From the NCBI RefSeq assembly GCF_009914755.1, contig NC_060942.1: a stretch of DNA of 64,000 nucleotides; one strand, written 5' to 3'. Origin of the DNA: the human T2T-CHM13v2.0 reference genome, Homo sapiens. Made by a program: the position numbers and the translations under genes. The notes below the pieces were generated by a model that worked only from the letters and a program-made list of their open reading frames with translations, had not been told where the DNA came from and ran no database searches. Shown piece after piece: positions 31,273 through 43,360 of the stretch (positions within the stretch are counted from its first letter, which is position 1; the number at the start of each line of letters is the position of its first letter).

Positions 31273-32123
31273 TGCATCCGGAGTTGATTCCTTCCAGTGG
31301 GTTCCTGGTCTTGCTGACTTCAAAAATGAAGCCCCGGACCTTCACGGTGAATGTTACAGCTCTTAAAGATGGCACAAACCCAGGCCAGGCGTGGTGGCTC
31401 ATGCCTGTAATCCCAACACTTTGGGAGGCCAAGGCGGGTGGATCACTAGGTCAGTCCTGTAATCCCAGCACTTTGGGAGGCCAAGGCGGGTGAATCATGA
31501 GGTCAGGAGATCGAGACCATCCTGGTTAACACGGTGAAACCCCACCTCTACTAAAAATATAAAAAAATTAGCTGGGCATGGAGACAGGCGCCTGTAGTCC
31601 CAGCTACTCAGGTGGCTGAGGCAGGAGAATGGCGTGAACCTGGGAGGCGGAGCTTGCAGTGAGCTGAGATCACGCCACTGCACTCTAGCCTGGGGGACAG
31701 AGCGAGACTCCCTCTCAAAAAAAAAAAAAAAAAAAAAGAAAGAAAGAAATGATGGCACAAACCCAAAGACTGAGCAGCAGCAAGATTTATTGTGAAGAGC
31801 AAAAGAACAAAGCTTCCACAATGTGGAAAAGGACCCAAGCAGGCTGCCCCTGCAGGCTGGGGTGGCCAGTTTTTATTGGCTTATTTGTCCCTGCCCATGC
31901 CCTGCTGATTGGTCCATTTTACAGAGTGCTGATTGGTCCATTTTACAAACCTCTAGCTACCTACAGAGTGCTGATAGGTGCGTTTTTACAGAGCACTGAT
32001 TGGTGCATTTTACAAAACTCTAGCTAGCTACAGAGTGCTGATTGGTGCATTTTACAATCCTCTTGTAAGAAAAGTTCTCCAAGTCCCCACCCAACCCAGA
32101 AATCCAGCTGGCTTCACCTCTCA
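31273..32123 (-). mobile_element. Solo LTR12-family (ERV9; LTR12F-like length) LTR, interrupted by an Alu
   Basis: TG..CA termini with 4-bp TSD ctcc (31269-31272, 32124-32127); minus strand starts TGAGAGGTGAAGCCAGCTGG and has repeated CCAATCAGCACTCTG. Confidence 0.9.
31383..31750 (+). mobile_element. AluY-like element inside the LTR12, with a 52-bp internal tandem duplication
   Basis: TSD gatggcacaaaccca at 31368-31382 and 31751-31765. Confidence 0.92.
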
Positions 32124-32909
32124 CTCCCAGGAATTTCAGGGCTGAAAACACATTCCTCGTGGGTGGCACAATCTTCTGTGAATGCCAGGCTAGCAATTCC
32201 AGCAGGCTGTTCCTGGATGGACCCTAATACCTGGATCGCACATGAAAACTTGGATTTGGTGCCTACTTCTAGACTGCTGTTTCGTCTCGTTTATTTTCTA
32301 GACAAACTGTGCTGCTCCATGGCAGTAGCATCAATATGTCTTTTGTTTCGTGGCGCTACCTAGGGATTTAAATTCAAACCGTATCACAAAATACAATAAA
32401 GGTTTATTTACAGCACATTGGTTTCATTTGACGTTCCTGTACCGGACTACCCTGGCAATCGGCTAAAGTTTTGTCAGCAAGTTTGCTGCTGGGATTTTTC
32501 TTATTTGGTTCAGTTTACTACAGCCTATCGTAAGTGATGCAGATGGAGTTAGTTTCTAACATGTGAACGTGAGAACTGTTTTGGTTTGGGTCCATCATTA
32601 AAACTGAAGAAGATTATTTGGGTTCGATGGTGTAGATTTTTGACTTTTATTTCTAGTTTCTGTGTGCTTTGTCATATTTCCCCTTGCTTCCTAGACGAGG
32701 TGTGTTTCCTTATCTGATTTTGCATCACTGGAGAGAACTCAGGAAGCAGGAGAGGCTGAATTGGATACCACGGGGAATGCAGCCCTGCCAACAGAGGACT
32801 GGATAGAATTAGAGCAAACGGACACATCCCCCCACGCCTGTTCTCCACAGGGCAGATTTTATTAATATATTTCTAACATTGGGGCCTCGTTTCAGTCTTC
32901 AAGTTTTTT

Positions 32910-34620
32910 CTTTTTTAGCGCAAACTAGACGCGCTCTGAGAGCCAAAATTAGCGTCCGCGAACCCCACCCCATTGCCTCCAACAGACCTAGCTCTCCTTT
33001 CCACCCTCAAACAGCCGTTACTACAGTTCCCAGCAAGCACCGCGCAGGGCCGCAAAGGGCCAGGCCCTCGGCGAAGGCCCCGCCCCGCAGGGGGCATGCC
33101 GGGAGTTGTAGTGAGTGGGCGCTTCCCTACTACTACTTGTCCCTTCCACTGGGCATTCCCACTTGGAAGAGTGTGATGCGCTGCCAGAGCAGTTTCTCTA
33201 GTTCCGTACTCGGAGCTCAAGGTGACAGAGGACTGCGCTTCCAGCCCTGCGCTGCGCATCGCGTCGGTCCCGCGGACCTTTGCCCCGCCTCCTTCCACAC
33301 CCGTTCCCTTGACAGCTGGGCTGCGCTCCGGGCCGCGGCAAGCCGCGAGCGCGCAGGCGCAGCAGCCCCGCGCCGCGCTAGGCCGGCCTGGAGGGCGGGA
33401 CAAGCGCTAGAAGCTCCCGGCCGGGGGCGCGCACGTAGGCACGCAGAGGCCGTCACGTGGGTCGCCGAGGCTCGCAAGTGCGCGTGGCCGTGGCGGCTGG
33501 TGTGGGGTTGAGTCAGTTGTGGGACCCGGAGCTGCTGACCCAGCGGGTGGCCCACCGAACCGGTGACACAGCGGCAGGCGTTAGGGCTCGGGAGCCGCGA
33601 GCCTGGCCTCGTCCTAGAGCTCGGCCGAGCCGTCGCCGCCGTCGTCCCCCGCCCCCAGTCAGCAAACCGCCGCCGCGGGCGCGCCCCCGCTCTGCGCTGT
33701 CTCTCCGATGGCGTCCGCCTCAGGGGCCATGGCGAAGCACGAGCAGATCCTGGTCCTCGATCCGCCCACAGACCTCAAATTCAAAGGTAGGCAGAACGGG
33801 GACACCCCCGGGTGGGGTGGGGCGCGCGGACCGCTGGCTGTCGGCGGGGGGGCGCGGAGGGCACGTCCGCGGCCCTGGCCCGAGGGAGCGCCCCCTCCCC
33901 CACGCCCCGGCGCCTTCCCTTTCCCGGCTGCTTTCTTGCCGCCACCTCGGCCGGCCTGCCCCTTGCTCCGGCCCGCTTCATCCCCTCCCGCCCGCCCTCG
34001 CTGCGGTGCGCGCGCCGGCCGGGGCGAGGCGGAGGGGAGCCCGGCCCTGGCGCCGCCGCCGCCGCCATCTTGCGGTCCCGCGGGGGCGCCTCCTGGGCGT
34101 CCGGTCCCGCCCGCGCCGCGGTCCGCCTGGGCCCGCGTCCTTGGCCCCAGAGGCCGACGGCGTGCTTCGGCGGGGCGTGGGCGGCTGGGCACCCGAGGGC
34201 GTGCGCTCTGGGCTGCGGCGGGGAGTGGGCTCTGGAGGTGGCGCAAGCTGCGTCTGTCGCCCGCTCCCGGCTGTCAGCGGCGCGGGGAGCCTAGGGCACG
34301 GCGCGGGACCCCTTGGGAGTGAGAGCCGCCCCCCGACCCCTGCCCCGGCCCGGGGAGAGCTCGCTGCAGCCGGCCCTCGGGTTCCGCGGAGGGCGTCGCT
34401 TGTCACCTTTCCGCCAGGTTTAGAACTCGGCCGTCAGGTGTAGGACGCGCCGGGGAGGTGGAGAGTCCTTGGAGGTGCCTGGCGAGGGCTGCCCGGTGCT
34501 GTTGGCACGGACCCAGGTGCGTGCGGGCAGGAGCGATGCGTCAGCCGCAAACGGAGAGTTGTAGGTTCATAGTAGCGGGGCTTCCTGCCTTCTACGACAT
34601 TTCAGTGTGCCACCCGCGTG
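32910..34620. promoter_or_regulatory. VAPA: CpG island / VAPA promoter and first exon
   Basis: Very high GC and CpG density; ZNF143-type motifs 33020-33038 and 33094-33112, GC box 33078-33086, NRF1-like GCGCAGGCGCA 33351-33361, E-box GTCACGTG 33452-33459, AP-1 TGAGTCA 33509-33515, YY1 34061-34072. Confidence 0.92.
33708..33786 (+). CDS. VAPA: VAMP-associated protein A, coding exon 1
   Basis: [26 protein letters not shown]+G, donor gtaggc at 33787 (phase 1). Confidence 0.97.
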
Positions 34621-36753
34621 CTTTTATTTAGCCCTTTAGTTGAGCTCCTCTGCTGAGAAACCTTCAGTGCGTGTGACTTTTTTGCTTTTACGTTTGCGGT
34701 TTCCGACAGATCCTGAGAAGGCTGATAAGGTGTCACCCAGCTCTGGAACTTTGTAGGTTTTTGTAGTACTGCCTGTGATAAGTTTTTTAGTCTGACTTGG
34801 TGATCCTGGAAGAATCCCAGGGGCTTTTGGTCGGTTTCCTTGTCAATATGTAGTGTACTTTAGGAAAGAGAGTTAAAATGTACAGATTTTTATTTTTTTT
34901 CTTTGTTTTTAAGGAATACTGAAAGAGTGTGAACATCTAATAGAAAGTAGGTTCCTTCCTATCTTTAGTTAAGTGTAAAGTGAGTCCCGTTTTGGAAGTC
35001 TATGTCTTGTATTTCAATTGTTGAATGAGAACAATTTTTGTGAGGTGTATAGCAATTCTAGTGCTAAAAGAAAAAATTAAATCCTTTATTGTTGTGTAAG
35101 GCTGAGTCCAAGAGAAAGCCAACTACATTGTTTTCCATAGGAAAAACTTCAGGTTTAGGAATTTAAAATATATTCTGGAATTATGAGATTAATATTGCAT
35201 AACTACATTGCAAGCTTTTTAGTGCGTTTACAAATTTCTTTGAATAGAAGTGTAAGTGAGCTACTTGTTGGGTAAGGATTTGGTTTTAAGGTGCAGTGAA
35301 TGTATTTTATTGCAAGTTTATGTAAGTTGTGTGATTTTTACGTAGTTGTAGCTGGGGGAAAACCTTTGAGGAATTATGAAGAGTCCTGACTCAGCCATTA
35401 TCTTGAGATAATTTAATGTAAATCTGTATGGTGTGTTTTTTTTTAATATTTCGTTTTTATCTTTTGATTGGCTGTGTTTACAGTGAACATTTCCTCTACT
35501 GGATAACTATGTGTAAATTGCCATTAGGGATTTATAAGCCTTTACAACCAGTTTTAGGCCAGGAAATGTCCACAGAGTTTGAAGTTTTCTCCTTAGGGAA
35601 GTTGTTATGTTGCTATAGTAAGGGAGTAATAATAGTGGAGAAGCAAGTTTAAAAAACAAGCAAAAGCCCTACACAGTGACTTACTCATATATTTCCTTTT
35701 TTGGGGGTGTTGGAGAATTACAGCTATGATTATAGAACTCATTGTTTTTGTGTTGCCAGTAAAAATAAGACTAGCCAGGGAAGCAGAAAAGGTGTGTAGA
35801 TGGTATAACAGAGACACAACCGTGTCTGAGGAAAGAAGCCCTTTCTCTATGTGCCCCATCCCTCCCTTAGGAAGCATTTAAGGAAAAGGCTTGTTTTTCA
35901 TTTCAGGGGAGGTTTAGGCCAAGAGAGTGGTTGAGTAAACACACTGCTGTGAGAGAATGCCTGGTACTTAAATGCCCAATAGTTTGTTGTGTGTTTCAGT
36001 TTAAAGATGGAGATGATGGGGAGGATTGGGAGGTGACATTTGGTGTTTGATTCCTTAATATTATCGTTTTAGTCAAAGGTAAATTGTTGGCTTTGATGGA
36101 AACCTTTGTGTATTTAAATGCACAGTTCAACACTGAGGAGATTCATTTAGAATGTACAGTCTACTTGGGCTTAGTTTATGATAGAAAAAAATCATTTAAC
36201 TGACTTACCCTAAGTCATTCAAAACTTTCTAAGTGAAGGACTTTTAGAAGACAGTTTTGCAAAATTCTTTGTCATCTTCTAGTAGGTTTATTTTAGTTAT
36301 TGATTCTGAGTTTGAGATGGTTTCTCCAGGAGTGACTCAGGTAATCATTCTGAGATTGGATGGTTTTTCTTTTATACACCTAACAAGCATCTTGAAGATG
36401 AATTAACAGTATGTTGCACAATTTTGCAAAAGCAGACACCAACTATTTCAGTACATTTTTCTGTATACCTCAGTATTTAAAAAAAAGTTTGTTTTATACA
36501 GTCGTTAACATATAAAAGTGCATTTACGATGTAATGAATTCTGAAGTAGATCACTTGTGTTAGTAAAGAAAAAGAAGTAGACGCTGCTTTACTTCAAATT
36601 CTGTTTAAACCTTGGAAGTAATTTTACCTAGATTTCAGATTTGAAACTTGGTATTTTATGTGAAAGATTTTTTTTGTCTTTAAAATTTTTTACATGATAA
36701 AATTCCATTTATAATGTATTACACATTTTATTTTTCTACCTATTAGCAGTTTT

Positions 36754-37031
<278 letters not shown>

Positions 37032-38346
37032 CCTATTAGCAGTTTTGTAGAAAAGTTTGAAGAAGAAAGTTTATAAAATGCTAAAATAAATTTCAAATAT
37101 ATTCTTAATGATCAGAGAGAGACGAAAATAAACCAAAATCCTTATGTTGAGAGTGGCCGATAACAATAAATCAACAAAGAAAATTAAGCTCTCTGAGGGA
37201 TCGAGGGACGTATGGTGTTAACATCAGCTAGTGCATCTGCATAGAAGCAGCACGGGGCGGGGGGGAAATTAGAGAATACTCCTCTGGATGGATATTTAGC
37301 ACATTTTTAGGTGTTTCCAGTCGGCTCTTCATGTTTCCCAGTGGCTATACAAAACGCCTGGGGCTCTAAAGACATGAATGTAATCTTTAATCATATATTA
37401 CTCCATTCCTTAGTTTTTAGGTAACTCTCAATTGCTCACAGAATAAAAGTCAGATTTTTTTTTTTCAGTAAGACATACCATCTCTTCCATGATGTGCCTT
37501 CCTCTTGTAACACCTGTTAGTCTGTACACATCCATACTTTCTTCCCTGAGAAAGAAAAACCCTGCTCATACCCAAGGTTCTTTGTTCCTCTATTTTTGCT
37601 GGCTAAGGTAAAATTCCTTATGACTCAGACCATGTTCCATGAGATGTTTTCCTGCTGGTTTTCAATCACTGGCTGCATTGTTTTAACATATAAATACACC
37701 AGAGTCTTTGATTTTAAAAACAAATGAGCAGACATGTACTTCTTTGACCATAACTCTTTCTAGTATGTGTCTCTCCCTGTCCTTCATTTCCTTTGCATTC
37801 AGACTTTTTGGAAAAATAGTCCATATTCACTGTTTTTCCAGTTACTCACCTTTTATTCTCTCCTTAGTCCACGGTACTTTTATCCTCTCACTACTTATTG
37901 CTAACTTAATCATTTCCAGTTTTTATCTTACTTGACCTCCCCCTGGCTCTTGACAGTACCGACAGTTTCTCTAAAAAAAACCCTCAATTCTTCTGGCTTC
38001 TATAACAGCATTGTCTTCTAATTTTCTTATTTGCTCCATTTATTGTCTTATTTGTGGCATTTTCCTCAAATGCTCATGTTTCTGAGATTCTGATTTGGTT
38101 TCATTTATCTCACTCTGTGAACTTTCTTTGTTCATTTCATTGTTTTGAGGTTTTCTCTTTATCTTCCTTGCTCTCTGCAGGTATTGCTACACCCCCAAGT
38201 CTGTTTTAATTCACATTTTACCGTCAGTCAAGAGCACATACTCAAACAACTTATTCACTATTTAGATTTGAATATTGCACAGATATGATATTCTAAACTC
38301 AAAATATCTCAAAATTTTTACTACCCATGCCTACTCTTCTTCCCAT

Positions 38347-38633
38347 ATTTTTTATTTTTATTTTTGAGATGGGGTCTTGCTCAGTTGCTCAACCTGGAGT
38401 GCAGTGGCATGCACGTTCTTGGCTCACTGCAGCCGTGACCTCCTGGGCTCAAGTGATCCTCCTGAATAGCTAGGACTATAGGTGCATGCTACCATGCCCA
38501 GCTAATTTTTTACGTACATATGGGGGTGCCGCTGTGTTGCCCAGGCTGATCTCGAACTCCTGACCTTGCGTGATCCTCCTGCCTTGGCCTCCTAAAGTGC
38601 TGGGATTACAGGCCTGAGCCATTGCACTTGGCT
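38347..38633 (-). mobile_element. AluJ-like element
   Basis: Reverse Alu with J-type features. Confidence 0.85.
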
Positions 38634-38779
38634 TTATTTTTATTTTTTAGTGGCATCATGATTACTCACACCAGAAACAATATGCATATCTAATAATTAA
38701 AATCTGTGTTTCTATTTTTGACATAATCCCTTTGTCCACTTCAATGTGTTTCTACTTCCAAATTCATTTATTTTTAAAA

Positions 38780-39560
38780 TTCATTCAATTATGGATCTAA
38801 TTTGATTAGATTTGAGTATCTGCTACATGTCAGGTATGATGAATAAATATTGGAACTACAGTTGTGAGTGAAACACAAGCCATGTTTTCATGGGGCAGTT
38901 CTAACAAGAGAGATAGATACTAATAAAATAATCAGAAGAATAAAGTGTACCCCTGAAGAGCTATATAGTGCTACGAGAATGTAAAATAAGGGTCTTCGAT
39001 CAGGCTGTCACAGTTGAACTAAGATTCCAACAATGAGTAAAAGTTATCCTGGTGAAGAAGAAAGGAAAATGCATGTTCAAATATCCGGTAGCAGGAGGGA
39101 CTGTGAAACATTTACCATACTGAAAGAGGTCGGCGTGGCAGTGGTGAAAATAGTCAAGATGAATGTAGTGCTGGTTTAGTAGGTCAAGTTAGGAGTTTTG
39201 TTTTTATCCTGAGCCACTAGGGTTTTTAAGTGAGGGGAGGAGCAGTAAAGATGGAGGGAATCGAATAACATCACATTTGCATTTAAAAATAATTCTGGTA
39301 GCAATGTAAAATTATACTAGAGGGGAGAAAGAGATGAATTAGGCGGCTGCAGCAGTACTGGCAAGTGGTGACCCCTTGGACTGAGGTCATGGTATTGGAG
39401 GTGATGAAAAGTTAGGTTGAATCTGTGAGACTTGGTGGTCTCTATGTGCACTGAGAGAAAAGGGTATGAATGTCTGAGATTTCTGCTTATATAACTGGGG
39501 AAATGGTGGTGCTATTTGAGAAACGGTGGATGTCTGGATGAGGACGAAATGCATCTTATT
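38780..39560 (-). mobile_element. L2 remnant
   Basis: attcattcaa..tttgagtatctgctacatgtcagg..aggagttttgtttttatcctgag..ttgcatttaaaaa. Confidence 0.65.
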
Positions 39561-39667
39561 TGGGGGTGTGTGAGAGAGATGGAGGAGGAGGACGTATGGT
39601 AGATATGTTTAGGTCTTTCAGGATATTAACATGAAGGTGGATTTGGTTAAATGGGTGTGTTACTTAA

Positions 39668-40048
<381 letters not shown>

Positions 40049-41439
40049 TCCTTTATTGTCAGCTCTTTACCCTGTCCTCCACACTGCTGCTGGAACTACG
40101 CTTTGGAAAAAGGAGGCTGTTACTGTTAGTCCCTTGATTGAAGAACTCTAAATGTTTTCTTACTATGTACTTGAAAAATCCAAAATCCACTGCCTAACTC
40201 TCCAGCCTCAGTGTCTATTCTTTTTCTTCTGTCCATAACTTTGGCTATATGAAACCATTTTCCCAAACACTCCAGGCCACTGCAATGCTTTGCACAGGCT
40301 CTGCTTAGAATATTGTCCTCCCTCACGTCTGTCAGGCAGCCTCTTATTTCAAGAATCACTTCCTCTTGAGAAGTCGTTGATACTCTACCAGTCCAAGTTG
40401 GTCAGAGCCTTCATGCCACTGTTGAAGCTTGTGCTTACCTGTAATAACAGTACTTTCACATTAGATAGTAGTTAGGCTTACATATTCTCCCCTCCCAAAC
40501 TATACTATGAACTCTGAGTATATACCTGTTAATGTTTGTAGTAACAAGTTCTGGCATCATAAAATGATTGCCCAGTAAGTGTTGATTGAATTAATAAGAC
40601 TCAGATGATTTCTCCAGTAATTTTTATTTTTTGGTCTTGGATCTTGACTCAGTTGGAGTTTTCACCTGCTTTTGCAGGTAATAGTGCTTTCAAAATTTTG
40701 TACTTCCAGAAAAGGGGTGGTAGGCTATTTTGTAAAGAGCTGACTAACCCTAAAGGTAGGTTGTTTGATGTTTGTGTTTTTTTCATTTGTAAAGTAAGAG
40801 GTTAGGACTAGGTGATTTCTTGGGTGTTCTGTCTTTAAAAGTTTGTGTGAATATATGACAATTGAGTACAAAAAGAAAATGCTATTTTTCTGTGAAGCAG
40901 AAAAATGCATATAAAGAATAGGGAAAACTATACTTTTAATCCTTTAAAAAGATTTCATTGTGTATATTTGAGGTATACATATAACATGATGTTATGGGAT
41001 ACATATAGATAGTAAAATGGTTACTATAGTGAAGCAAATTGACATATGCATCATCTCAACATAGTTTCTTTTTATCTTACCTTTACTGACCATTTAGTGA
41101 AATCTTATTTGCCTTTCAGAGGTGGAAGTTGATACAGGATGGATCTTGCTCTCTTTTGATCATAAAGTTAGTTTTGGAAAAAAATTAAATGTGCGAGAGG
41201 ACTGTTAACTTGCAAATGCTTGTTTACTGGTTTAATTCATTTTATAACTGAAATGTGACTCAAATTAGTTTTAAATTAGTAAGTTTTAAACGTTTGAAAA
41301 CTTTCAAACATGAGCACCTTATAATATGAACCTCAGTATGCGTTAATTTAGTAAATTAAATTTAAATATAAATTTAATAATTGACATTTTACTATAATCA
41401 TACGTGTTTATTTATATATTTTTGTTTGCCTCCATGTTT

Positions 41440-41720
41440 GTATTTTTTTGCAGCGGTCTCACTCTGACACCAGACTGAAGTGCAGTGGTGCTGTTATAGC
41501 TCACTGCAGCCTTGAACTCCAGGGCCCAAGCGATCCTTCTGAGTAACTAGGACTACAGGTGCATGCCACTGTGCCCAGCTAATTATTATATGTTTTATTT
41601 TTTGTAGAGACAGTCTTGCTATTTTGCCCAGCCAGATCTTGAACTCCTGGCCTCAAGCGATCCTCCTGCCTCAGCCTCCCAAAGTGCTGGAATTACAGGC
41701 ATGAGCTACCATACCTGGCC
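41440..41720 (-). mobile_element. AluJ-like element
   Basis: Reverse Alu dimer. Confidence 0.85.
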
Positions 41721-43276
41721 TGCCTCAGTATTTTTAAAACAAATCCTGAATGATAGCATAACATTTCATCCCTAGATACTTGAGTTTGCATTTATAACCA
41801 AAAAAGGACATTTTCTTTGCATAATCATGATACTGTTAACACGTAATAACATTAACAGTAATTCTTTGATATCCTCTAATATTTAGTCTATTACAAAGAA
41901 CAAAATCACACTTAAGAGTTTATTAATGAGCAATCTCAATGGCATAGGAAATCAGGTATACCTGGTCTCACAGGAAGAGGCTGTTTATAATCTAGATTCA
42001 AGGCCAGCCAATATATATGCTGGTGACTGACCAGTCAAAATTTTGATGGCTCACCTTGAAACACAACTATAAATAGATGGTTATAGGTTTCAGACCTTCA
42101 AGGTCATATGGACTGGGAGACAAAACAGTGGCTAATTTGGACCAGTGGCAAGCAGAAGCAACTAATTGAGAGAAAAAAGGCAGAGAAACGTAGGCAGAGA
42201 GGTCTTTTGATCCCAGGAATTAGTTTCTCTTGAATACAGCCTCTTCCTGTGATGCCAGTTATACTTCATTTCCTGTGCCATTGAATTGCTTACATCTTTA
42301 TGATGAACTCTTCAGTATGGGTTTTTTTAATAATAAAATATTCTTTGCTTAAATGAGATTGAATTTGATATTTTCTGAAGCCATATTTGTAACACATTAT
42401 TCTTTAACATTTCACTTTATAAAAAATAAATTCTGTAATCTGTTATACATATTTCACTTTGTAATTGTTATTCTGTAACACATATTTCACTTTATAAAAA
42501 GTCTAAACTAGTGTCTTCAATGCTTATAAAAGAAACCTCCGTATCATTTTTGCTGACTTATGCATCATTAATATACCATAGCATGCTTAGCTGCTTTTCT
42601 CTGGTGTTTGGATGTTCTTTATAACTAGTTATCACTAATGTTTGATACTGTTCTGAAAATTCAGATTTAAAGGAGTGAGAAGTTTAGTTACGTATCTTTT
42701 AGCTTTTTAAGGAAATGATTAGATTGAATTACCGTTAAAAAGTAGGGATGTTAATTAAAAAAGAATTGTTGCTATGAGAGGACTTTTAAACGTATGTTTA
42801 TAGTATAACTTGACAAATTTCTCATGGGCCTATGTTTTGACAGCTCTTTTGTAGCTGTATGTTTCATGTATGTGTGTATATGTGTGAAGTGTATATGAAT
42901 ATGTATATAATTTTAATTCTTGAATAATATGACATGGAGTGACTGTCATACTTTAAAGACATAGGGTGCCTTTAAATCATACAGTGTGTTTCCTGTTTAG
43001 TTTTTCCTGTGAAAAAATTTTACTTTTTAAAGCCTGTAGGGCCAGAATCTCTTGGTCTTGTTTTCTGAGTACTGTTCCCACTGAGAAAAACCTCACTAAC
43101 AACAGATCCCCAAAAAATCTGTGGTTCTGAATTTTTTCAGTTTTTTCTTCCAGGATTTTACAAGTAAGAGGATTTATAAGCAAATTAAGCTACTATGGGT
43201 ACATGTTTAAAAGTCCCTTGTTATATAAAATCAGTGCTAAATTAGAAAATGGAAAAAGTATAGATATTATAAAGCT

Positions 43277-43360
43277 GTCTATGGCCATACCACCCTGAAC
43301 GCGCCCCATCTCGTCTGATCTCGGAAGCTAGCAGGGTCTGGTTAGTACTTGGATGGGAGA
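43277..43360 (+). pseudogene. 3'-truncated 5S rRNA retropseudogene (an RNA5SP locus; RNA5SP450 from memory, unverified)
   Basis: gtctatggccataccaccctgaacgcgcccc..tctcgtctgatctcggaagct..ggttagtacttggatgggaga = 5S nt about 1-90 with small deletions; 14-bp TSD agatattataaagc. Confidence 0.93.

Noticed and set aside
33798-33822. Four G-runs (potential G-quadruplex) just after the VAPA exon 1 donor
   Set aside because: Commonplace at 5' ends of first introns in CpG islands; nothing distinguishing
33787-34443. Long ORFs in the CpG island, including 204-aa read-through of VAPA exon 1
   Set aside because: GC-rich DNA is depleted of stop codons; low-complexity translations; canonical donor at 33787
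42383-42500. Repeated atttcacttt / tgtaacacat segments
   Set aside because: Short AT-rich slippage duplications with no sign of function
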